A stretch of 64,000 nucleotides of DNA from Ascidiella aspersa (lineage: Eukaryota), in contig OZ004613.1 in assembly GCA_963924565.1 (NCBI GenBank), positions 14,694,001 through 14,758,000 of the forward strand. The letters are read 5' to 3'. The notes under the pieces are model-generated. The model did not search any database and had not been told where the DNA came from. It saw nothing but the letters and a program-made list of their open reading frames with translations. Below are positions 53,520 to 64,000 of the stretch, piece by piece. Position numbers and translations under genes: made by a program. Each line of letters begins with the position of its first letter. Within the stretch, counting starts at the first letter, position 1.

Positions 53520-53564
53520 GGCGGCGGGCCGGATAAATTCCATTGGCGGGCTTGCCGACCCCTG
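53520..53564 (-). mobile_element. hAT terminus
   Basis: Reverse complement CAGGGGTCGGCAAGCCCGCCAATGGAATTTATCCGGCCCG. Confidence 0.55.
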
Positions 53565-54499
53565 TTAAAGATAACGAAAAAAAATCATCCACCGTTCGAA
53601 CTATTTTTATCCATATATGATGACAGGCTAGAAACAGAGCGACTCGAACTTGTTTTGCGCTATTCTATGTTTTTGTAATATTACCGTTGTATTGTTTGGC
53701 GTCACATCTTTTGAAACACTAACGCAATGTTTAATATTAAACTCTTTTTTTTCGTGCTTCTGATGAGCTACGCCAGACAGAACTTTGTTTAAGAAAAGGA
53801 TGTAATAATTGCAAAGCTGAAGATTGCAAACAGGGTAAATTACCTAAAGATGGAAGAGATTAAAGCTTTCATGGATGGATGAGCAGTGACCCCAAGTGAG
53901 AGTAAGAGAGCGTTTTAAATTTGAGCGATGAATCTCTATCCAGGAACTTGCAGCACGTATTCGTCAAGAAGTACCTTCGACTTTCCCAATCTATCATCAA
54001 CTTTATGGACGAAAGCATTACGGCGGACACGGTTTATTCATTCTATTTGAATAAGGTAACTTGTTCCACCCGGACTTTATCTTATTTTCGTAGAATCACC
54101 CGCAACTGCGAGCCTTTCAACCTTTTGGATATACCTTGTGACGTTTTTTTCTCTTGTATTATCAACCTGTTAGAGGTTTTTGTGCGTTTTTCTGTGTCAG
54201 ACCTTGCTAGAAGGTATTAGTCAGCAGCCGCTGTAACAAACAGTTACAGGGGCGTGTCTACTCCTATCTCTTGTTGTGTAAATCGCTATAAATCGTACTC
54301 TTCGCCCTAAGCGAAAGAGCGCCTCCTAACGTGTAGTTTGACTGCATAGTGCCACCTCATTGTAACCACCTTTTGCGCCTTTAACTCGTGTACCACCACC
54401 AAGTGTTTTAGCTTGGTCTAAATAAACGCTATCGTCTAACCCTTTGGAGCCTACTAGTGGCTACCCCGTGTGTGTATTAGTGTCTTAGTGTTAGCTTTT

Positions 54500-57325
54500 T
54501 CGTACCTAAGTGCGCCGGGTGACGTCACACGGACTCCCCCGCTGTACTTAGAGTATTTTTCGCCTGCCCGTTTTCCTTTTTGTAGCGAAGCTCCCGGCAT
54601 TTTTTTGGCCTCTTTAGCTCCATCTAGTGGAGATCACTGACTTTGTACTTTGTAATTTTTTTTGCGCATCGCCTTTTTCTCGCCCCGCTGTACTTAAAGT
54701 TTATTTTTCGCCCTCCCGGTCTTCGTTTTCCAGCGAAGCTCCCGGCATTGTTTTGGCCTCTCTAGTTCCATCTAGTGGAGACCACTGACTTTTGTACTTT
54801 GCAAATTTTTCGCCCCGTCCTTTTTCGCGCAAGTGACGACGTCACGCACACGTCACCCCCCCTCGCCAGCTCCAAATCGTATAGCTTCCGCGCCCCTTTG
54901 GACCACCACAGCCCCTTAAAAGCAACAGGACCGGACTACAGGCAGGATACAGCGGACGCTTAACGTCCAAATACAGGATATCGAATACTTCAACATAATA
55001 GACTTTCTTAAACTGTTCGACATGGACAATGCCCTTAAACCTTACAACCCCAACATTATCGGAGCCCGTACGGTCAATCGGAGACTCAAAATCTTTCAAT
55101 TAACATTCAAAACGAACCAACACCGCGAAAAATATAATAAAGAGAAAACTCCACATCGAACTGGAAAACGGTAAAATGGTCAAACTTCCATCCCATCAAA
55201 TTATTAAATTGCTGTCTTCAGAACCAGACAAACCCCTTCTCAAAGTTTCCCTCTTCCCGGTTCCGCTCGAGTGGACAGAGGACCATCTAAAAGACATTGC
55301 AAACCTTCTTCTGTACCCATAAAAGCCGGCCAGAGATCTACAATGGTTACGTAAATATCTTCCTGGACGCAGCCAACCCAAGCAACATCAAACCAGAAAT
55401 TACCGTAGCGAATCAACGCATCCAAACCGTTAAACCAGGCGAATCTTTCGGCCCAATATGCAGAAACTGCGGCGAGCGCGGCCACTGGGCCAACAACTGC
55501 CCGGCAGACAAAGTATGTCGTTTCTGCTTCCAACCCGGGCACTTCATGAAAGAGTGCCCGGAAGCCTCATCCATCGAGAAACAAATAAACAGATCAGAAG
55601 AAGACCCCCTCAATCTACGCCAGGAAAATGAATTCCCCCGCCTACACAAGAAGAACTCAACCCCAAAAAATCGTTTTAACCCAGGTGGAACAATAGATAT
55701 ATCAAAAATCATACAAAACCATGAACACCAAATTACTTTGAATAAACGGATTGACATAAGCCCACAGCAGGAAGCGGAAAAAAGAATACACAAGCTGCGA
55801 CAATTCCAACAAAATCAAAAGAAAGGCGACGGCCAACCACCTCCACCTCCAGAACAAAACAGCGAAAAAGAGAACACATTTCAACAATTGAAGAACAACA
55901 AATGAACGACGACCCGGACGGTCATTTGTTTATTCACGAATCCGACGACTCCCTACAAACGCTCAAGGAACTGGACACAGCAATAGAAAAGGAAAACGAA
56001 AAACCGACTCAAGTAATCGAACAGCATCAACCGAAACCGAGCAATGAAGACAACCACAACGAGAGAATCTAATCAACCTCCGATCACTTCTTCTATAAAT
56101 CAATTACATCATCACTTACAGCAACAAGAACGAAACAAAGACATTATCATATTAGGTGACTTTAATTTTGTTGAGAACGACAGCGATACAACCAATCCCA
56201 GAACAACAAACACAAAGGACAACAAACAATGGCAAGAAACTAAAAAAGCTTACAACTTATGTGATTCATTCCGACAAAAACACCCAAATTCAAAAGTATA
56301 CACAAGAGTAACCGCAACGGTAGCAACACGCATTGACCGGATCTACAACAAAGCCACAAACAAACTCATAATTGACAAAGCACACCATATACCGCACACA
56401 ATATCCGACCACACGCAAGCCCCATACATCACAATCCAAATAACAACAACAAAACAACACGGCAAAACCTTTTGGAAATTAAACAACGAAATCTTAAACG
56501 ACCTAGAATACAAAACACATAAAACAAAAACAATACAAAACATACAAACACAGAAAAACGAGTTCACCCATTCACCTACGCAATCGAAAGAAAGAAAAGA
56601 GAAAATAAAGAAGAAGATGATCTAAACGAACAACTAAAAACACTAAACACCAACTTAAACACAAACACAAAAAAAATAAACAAAGAATATCTCCATACTA
56701 TCGAAAAACTGAAAACGATCGAACAACACAGAATAAACGGCGCAAAGGTGCGCGCAAGAATCAAACTAGAAACAGAAAATGAAAAACCAGACAGACAATT
56801 CTTCCAACTCGAAAAAAAACAACAAGAAAAATCCACCATTAAACATATTAAAGACGAAATCGGAAAAATCATTAAAACAAGCGAAGGAATAAAGCAAGAA
56901 ATTTTCACTTTTTATCATAAACTCTGGGGACGCGAAGATAACCTAAACGCCAGACGACAACGAAGAATCACAATATATAACCCTCACAGAACTAACGTCA
57001 ACATAAAGGATCTCAATCGAAACTCAACACCAGGAATAGACGGCTTAACAACCGAATTTTATATAACCTTCTGGGAACAACTAAAACACGACATACAAGA
57101 ACTATACATGAACATCTACATGAATAAGAACATGTCTCAATCAATGAAAATAGCCATAACAAAACTACTGCCGAAGAAAGGACCCCAAAACTTACTGAAA
57201 AACTGGAGACCAATTTCCCTCCTGACTACAGAATATAAACTACTAACCAAGATAATTACCAAGAAACGTAAAACCAAAATTAAAGACAAAATTAACACGG
57301 ACCAAAAATGTGGCTTTAAAGGCAG
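54500..57325 (+). mobile_element. Tx1-like LINE A' (relative of family A), internally deleted and 3'-truncated
   Basis: 5' UTR with tandem monomers; ORF1 RTLNVQIQ..GARTVNR, PVPLEW, KPGESFGPICRNC and second knuckle; APE ILGDFN, TRIDRIY; RT start PGIDGL, NWRPISLL, QKCGF. Confidence 0.88.
54537..54828 (+). repeat. Two ~146-bp tandem monomers in the A' 5' UTR
   Basis: CCCCGCTGTACTTA..GCGAAGCTCCCGGCATT..CCATCTAGTGGAGA..TGTACTTTG at 54537 and 54683. Confidence 0.85.
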
Positions 57326-58479
57326 AACCAACGTCGCATTTCTACCTTGGAGTTTGTTGATTGCGCTGTTAATTTTCTCATAAAAATCTGCTAAATAACT
57401 GACATCTTGGTGGCAGGTAATTACATCTTTAGCAAGATCAGATTCTTCACCAATAAACTCCACTACACTTTTGTAAAGTTCGCAGTACCTTGAAAGAGAT
57501 TCGCCTTTCGACAACCAACGAACTTCCGTATGAAGCAGAAGACGCTCGAATTCTTCATCGTTCTCTTTGCACAGCTGTCGAAACAATCGGTTATTTTTGG
57601 CATTAGCTTTTATTCTGTTAATTGCGTTAACAGCAACACCCAAAGATTCTTGCAGACGTGGACTAAGGCGTTTGGCAACCAAATGCTGACGGTGTATCAC
57701 ACAATGCACAGTAAACAAATGGGGAAGTTTTTGCCGAAGTAAAGATGAAAACCCCCGATACCTGCCTACCATCGCTGGGGCACCATCAGTAGCGCATGCT
57801 ACTATATTTGTAAGAGGGATAGATTTGTCTTGCAAGTAAGCTAACAAAGTTTGAAATATTGTTTGGCCTTTAGTGTCTGTTTCCAAACACTTGCAAAATA
57901 AAAGCTCCTCCATAATTTTGCCTTCAAATATATAACGGACATAAGCCATTAGTAATGAATTATTGTCTGATGTTGTGGTTTCATCCAGTTGTAAGCTGAA
58001 AGAAGTTTTTTGTAGCACTTCATAAAGTTGTTCTTCAATGTTTGCACCCATTTCATCAATTCTTCGCTTTACGGTAGTATCACTCAGTGGAACTGCTTGG
58101 AGTACAGGTGCAGGATCTTTCTCCATCACAGTTGAAATAATTTCTTTAACAGCAGGTGCTACCAAACTTTGTAAGAAGCTATCAGTCCTTTGACGTTTTG
58201 GTCACCTTTTTTAGCAAAAATATTGCATTTGCTACTTTGAGCTTGACTCTCTTTTAAAGCTTGAAAAAACCCCATTGGCTTGCTTGCTTTGTCAGGATGA
58301 ATCCTGTTTAAGTGGTCCTTCAACCTTGACGGCTTCATAGCCTCATTACTGAGAGTTTTCTTACACAAAAGACACATGGGAAGTTGCATATTTGATGGAC
58401 ATGGTACAAAACCAAAGTTGATGTACTCCACAAGATAAGAACGGCACTTAATTTTTGCTTTTTTAGAATTAGAAGCCAT
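57326..58479 (-). pseudogene. Buster-type transposase (BED finger + DDE)
   Basis: CLLC..MKPSRLKDHLNRIH; QLDETT; CATDGAPAM; HCVIHRQHL; LLLHTEVRWLS; frameshifting deletion at ~58160. Confidence 0.9.
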
Positions 58480-59767
58480 AACCTTCCGCAATAAAATTAC
58501 TAAATTTAAAATAAACTAGAAAACAAAAAAGTAACAATTTAAGAAATCGCCGTTACTTTCTTGTACTACTATTATATATAATAAGCCTTCCGCTAACGCT
58601 ATAAGCAGCAAACTTGACATATTCTTCGTTTCAGGTCATGGCTCCAATCTGCTCTGCACAAATCAGTTTTTTGAAGTGCAGTACCCTACGACAAATAAAC
58701 GTCCGACTTGCAAGCTACCGATTGTCGAACGAAATTACCACGTGCTTGATCAGAGCACACTCAAAATCGCGCAGGCACACACGCATTTGCATTGCAACAA
58801 ACGACTCAAACCCGAGTTTCATGTTTGACCATGGTTTGACCTTTTTTTTACTCGTGCACAAGTCGAACAAACCAAAAAGTAGTTTAAGGATCCAAAACGA
58901 TTATAACGTTCGTTATGCGCCCCGGTTTATGCGCAGAACGCTATATGAAGGCTAAATGTGTGTAGAGAAACGCGTCTCCTATTTCGGCGTCTTAAACAAC
59001 ACACGCAGTTTGTATTTGAAACTTATTGATGAAATGAACGAAGAATCAAAGCTGGCACAATTCAAGGAGACGGTTTCTACACAAAGGCAACGTGTCAAAA
59101 CATTTCACATGTGGTACGAATTCAAATATTATGCTCACCAACTATTTGGGGGAACCGGGAGAAGTAATCAGCGTCACTTACTTATCAAACGCCTAAATAA
59201 AACAAGCAATTTAGCAAACAAGGCCTCATTATGACGTCACACATATAAACATAAACTTACCAAGACTTAAAGTTAAACAAATGAAGACAAGAAAGAGTGA
59301 GATGTCACTCTGACAAAGTTCACAAGAAAAGGCACTGCAAAACAAGAGCAGTGTCAATACTACATAAAAGACGTTATCTTATACACGAAGCCATATTTCT
59401 AGGCGAACTGACTACTTGCGGTAGTAAATTTAGCAAATGTTACTTTACATGTTGACATATTATTGACATATTGACATATTACCAAGGTTGCAAAACCACA
59501 TTATACACAACGCAACTCACCAAGAATAATCTTTGGTGTAACAAATACTTCAGTTTAAACAAAACGGCAGCAATACAACTTCCACCACGACAATCAATGT
59601 CTCATAGAATTCGGTAATTACTGGCAAATACGATGTAACAACGATCTTGATCGATAATTGCGCTCGGCCTTACCAATCGCCCCCTAAACAGTAAAATCGC
59701 CCCCAATTTCAAAAATTGTACAAATCGCCCCCGCAATGGCCAAAATCGCCCCCGTTGAAGAACACTG
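57326..59767 (-). mobile_element. hAT Buster/Charlie-type transposon, 3' end deleted
   Basis: TIR CAGTGTTCTTCAAC at 59767; flank CCCTAGAA fits the nnnTAnnn target; four AATCGCCCC subterminal repeats (59675-59753). Confidence 0.9.
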
Positions 59768-61081
59768 CCCTAGAAGACTGCCTAAACCTCATATCCTCAC
59801 ATGAGCCGTTTAAATCTATTCAAACGGAAATACTAGGATGTCGAACTATAAGCCGACTCCATCAAGTATTTCAATTAACCTTTAACATATTCACCAAGAA
59901 CTAATATCTGGAAAAAGATTCTACTTCCAAAATCCATTAATCAATCTCACCAGCATGGAACCTCCAAAACCACTCACAAAATTAACACTCGTACCCGTAC
60001 CATGTGAGTGGGAACTCGAACACCTACAGGACATTGCCAAAATCTTTAACTGGGGTACACTTAGAGAATAACCCCTTGCACCCACCGAAATTTCCCCCAT
60101 ATACGTAACGGATTCTACCATTTATTCATGGAAAAAATAAATATGGAAAATATCCAAGACAAAGTAATGATATTCGGAAACCGCATCCGAATCATTAAAC
60201 CCGGACAAAATCAAGGACCCACTGAATGCCGAAAATGTGGAGAACAGGGTCACTGGGCAAATAGATGTCCCAATGGTGACCGAGCACCACCCGCTAATAC
60301 ATCCTCGATAATCAATGCTCAAAACTTTCCTCCACTGACGCAGACATCCCAAATTAACAACCTAATAAAAGTAATAGACTCTCGAGAAAAAAATAAAACA
60401 GGTAGCTCTGGTGGAGAGACCCAAAAAACCCCACCCAAAAACCCTTTTCAAAAATATGCGGAGGAGCATGGGCACAGAATGTTAAATAAAACACCCCCAC
60501 CCCGATCCCCACCTCCCCAACATACAACAACACCGCCCCCACCTCCACCACCTCCACCAGAAAAAAACCCCGACCCCAAAGACCCGGGACCTTCGGACAT
60601 TACGGCCCCCATAAACACAACCCAATCTGGAACACAAAATGAAGACTCACCGGTAATCCTTCTGTCTGACACACCTTCCTCGTCTGACGAAGAAGACGAC
60701 TTCTACTTGTCTTCGGAACGGTCTGATGACCGACCATCTACTTTATCCACACCGGTTGAAAAAGACCATATCTCAACCCCCGTACGTAAACTGACAAAAC
60801 TTCAAATTAAAGACCTAGAACGAAAAAATTTTTTAGCACAAATAGAAGAAGAAAACAATGAAGAACCAACCAGTAAAAAAATCTCCTCAACTCTACCGGA
60901 AGAACCAGAACACACCTCGACCCCGACCACCAAAAGAGACAGAAGTTCCGGATCAGCCGATGAAACGAACAAAAAACAACGTAACAGATCAAGATCCACC
61001 TACCCATCTGATCCATCAGTTTTTTCACCATCAGTAAATCCCGGACCTCCAAGTGGGAATTTCAACCACACAGTCGCCTAA
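59768..61081 (+). pseudogene. Family C ORF1, copy 2
   Basis: LEDCLNLISSHEPF, PVPCEW, CRKCGEQGHWANRC, Pro-rich and acidic tail. Confidence 0.88.
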
Positions 61082-64000
61082 AATGTAGTCGGTTTTTTTC
61101 TCCCCTCCGCAACTCCCTTCAACTCGCATCTCAAACAATTAAATATAGCAACATTAAACATACAAGGAATTAGGAAAAAACTAGACCAAATTTCTCACTT
61201 TATTACAAAAAATAACTTGGACATCCTTACCCTGCAGGAAACCAACCAATTTAATCATACAATATTTAACAATTGGGCGCAAACAAATCAAATAAAACCC
61301 TATCTTAACATCCAAATCACCCCAAAAATACAAGGCACCGGCACCATTTTTCTCGTAAACCAAAATATAACAAATTATTACCAAATCACCCACAAAATTA
61401 TAGAACAAAATAGAATTCACTGTTTAGAACTTCTAAACCAACACCAAAACGAAAAAATTATCATAATAAATTTGTATCTTAATCCCGCTAAACCTATAAT
61501 TAGAAAACAACAGCAAAATCAAATTGCCAAGTACATTTCAAACCTCGATACCAAAAACATAATTATCCTAGGAGATTTTAATTTTACATACGAACAAATC
61601 GATACAATGACCAGAATAACCCAGACTAGAATGGATGAAAAAAACTGGAAAGAAATTAAACAACGCTTTAATCTTACTGACCCCTATAGAAAACTAAACC
61701 CGGACGAAAAAACCTACACACACGTTACAAGTCGATCCGCAACCCGGATCGACAGAATCTATGTCGCCGCCCCCTTGATACAAAAAATAAAAAACTCATA
61801 CCACAACCTAGCTTTATTTACAGACCACAACCAATCCCGAACCATCACGATCCAAATCAACAAAAATAAAAAATACGGCAAAAGCTATTGGAAATTGAAC
61901 AATTCTTTATTACAGGACAAATTTTACCGGATGTCTATTGAAAAACTTATAAATTAATTTAAGGACGAAAATACTTTAGAAAATAAACTAGAATGGTGGG
62001 AACAATTAAAAAAAAGGATCAAAAACCACACAATAAAATTCTCAAAATACAAGATTAAACAAGAAAGAAAGACCGAACAATACCTAAAGCAGCAACTAGA
62101 ACGCACCGTAAACCTCCTTCAACAAAACGACCCAAATATAAACAAAAGACACCAACAAATCATACAAGAACTAAAAAAAATAGAAACGCAAAAACAAGGA
62201 CACAAAATTAGGTCGCGAATAAAAAATATTGGAAACAACGAAAAACCGACTAAAGATTTCTTCTCGTTAGAGAAATCCAACCAAACAAAAACAGGAATAT
62301 ACCAACTAAAAACAACGCAGGCCAAACAACAACCAGACGAAATCAAAAAAACTATACACCAATTTTACTCCAATCTTTGGGCTACAAATAACCAGATAAA
62401 TTATCAAGAACAAAAAAAAAATACTAGATCAATTAGGAAATAACAACGATAATAACTCCCCTGAAAAAAATTTAGATAACTTCCCTTATATAACCAAAAA
62501 TGAAATAATATTAGCAATAAATTCACTAAATAATAATTCCACTCCAGGCTCTGACGGACTTTCCAGCGAATTTTATAAAACCTTTCAATCACTCTTAATT
62601 CTTGATCTAACCGACCTATATACAAACATTTTTATCCAAAAAGAAATGACAAATAACATGAAATTGGCAATTACTAAATTGATACCAAAAAAAGGTGACC
62701 TTAACTTAATAAAAAACTGGAGACCCATTTCCCTAACTAAATACAGATTACAAAATTCTAAGCAAAATAATATCAAATAGACTAATACTACAAATAGATA
62801 ACCAAATTGACACAGCACAAAAATGTGGCTTTAAATCTCGACAAATGCAAGAAATACATTACAATATAAATTCGGCGATAGAATTCAGTAGGGAAAAAAA
62901 CACCAATTTGGCACTACTAATTACGGATTTTGAAAAAGCTTTCGATCGCGCTGACCACAATCTGATTTTTAGAATCCTCCACAAATTCAAAGTAGAGGAA
63001 AATCTAATCAAATGGGTCTCTATCCTATATAAAAACATAATTAGTAAAATAGAAATTAACGGCCAAAATTCAGACGAAATTAAAATAAAAAGAGGAGTCC
63101 GTCAGGGCTGTTCCCTATCCATGCTCCTATATATCTGCATTGGACAAGTGCTAGCAAAACTAATAAATAACAACCGGCAAATAAAAGGATTTAAAATTGG
63201 AACAAATACTTTTTTTGTCACTGACCAAAATTCAATTACGCAACTTTTTAAGGAATTGGATAAATATGAACAAATTACGGGCCAAATTTTAAATAAAAAT
63301 AAAACCAAAATACTAACACTTGTCCAAAGCTTCAAATCGTTGTTATTTCCTAAATATAATCAATTCTTCACCAACCAAATTAAAATCCTCGGAATAATTT
63401 ATAATGAAAACAACAATAATAACAAACCAAACTGGGATCTGGTCCGAGGTCAAATTATAGCAATCATCAAAAAATACGAAAATCTAAATTTAACAATGTT
63501 TGGAAAAATTACTATCATCAACTCTCTATTAGTTTCCAAAATAATTCATATAGCTAGAATAAACATACCAACTAGGGAACTCATTAAGGAATTTCAATTT
63601 TTAATAAATAAATTTCTCTGGCACCCCCAAAGATTGGAGCCTCTAAACCGCAGAAAATTACAATCTGACATTAACAAAGGAGGTTTAAAAATGATCAACA
63701 TGCAAAATAAATTTACGGCGGCTCAAATGGAAAGAATTCGATACCTCACTCGAATAACTAAACCAACCGAAATATACCACAACTGGTCATTGTATCAGAT
63801 TAGCTTCAAAATTAGAAAAATAAACACCAAATTATTCAACAATTCATACCCAAAAAGAAAAAAACCCAACCAAACTAGGCAATTTGTGCTAGATAACCAC
63901 CAAAAAATTGAAGTTCAAAACAGTGAATTCGATTGGAACAAATCTAAATTAAAAAACATATACCAAATTTTAAACGAAATTACGGCCCAAGAAACTTCAA
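61082..64000 (+). pseudogene. Family C ORF2, copy 2 (APE open; RT frameshifted, YADD deleted)
   Basis: NIATLNIQG, LQET, ILGDFN, TRIDRIY, TDH; DFEKAFD; GVRQGCSLS. Confidence 0.9.

Larger units (their letters stand above)
59768..64000 (+). mobile_element. Tx1-like LINE family C, copy 2 (5' end lost at the hAT insertion; runs off window)
   Basis: ORF1 59768-61081, ORF2 61082-64000; highly similar to the reverse complement of 4260-7990. Confidence 0.93.

Noticed and set aside
43525-53564. One 10-kb hAT element bounded by these termini
   Set aside because: No matching 8-bp TSD for either pairing (43525 or 44263 with 53564).
57137-58165. Intact or domesticated 342-aa Buster gene
   Set aside because: The C-terminus is antisense Tx1 sequence, the BED finger is in another frame and the dimerisation domain is missing.
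59675-59753. CRISPR-like spaced repeats
   Set aside because: These are 9-10-nt hAT subterminal repeats beside a TIR in a eukaryotic context.

Overview
Eukaryotic (animal, probably invertebrate) transposon-dense region with no recognisable host gene, rRNA, tRNA gene or CRISPR array. It is dominated by L1/Tx1-clade LINEs from about 7-8 diverged families (ORF1 with a PVPCEW motif and CX2CX4HX4C knuckle; ORF2 with APE, RT YADD and CCHC). From 1 to 20.6 kb five of them (here called A, B, C1, D, E) form a head-to-tail train on the minus strand. Candidate target-site duplications indicate that D, and probably E, inserted into the promoter of C. All Tx1 copies right of ~20.85 kb (F, G, A', C2) are on the plus strand. 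Three copies from three families (B, E, F) appear to be ORF1-only and polyadenylated (HAL1/HeT-A-like). Family C has a perfect 17-nt inverted repeat bracketing ORF1 and no usable AUG for ORF2. Nested in and between these LINEs are a Penelope element with hammerhead-bearing inverted pLTRs, a deleted BEL/Pao element plus a solo LTR, a non-autonomous Gypsy-type LTR element with an extended tRNA-Trp PBS, and remnants of hAT, EnSpm-like, MULE, ISL2EU/Harbinger-like and P-like DNA transposons. Decay is mostly by microhomology deletions. All assignments are by eye from motifs; no searches were run.
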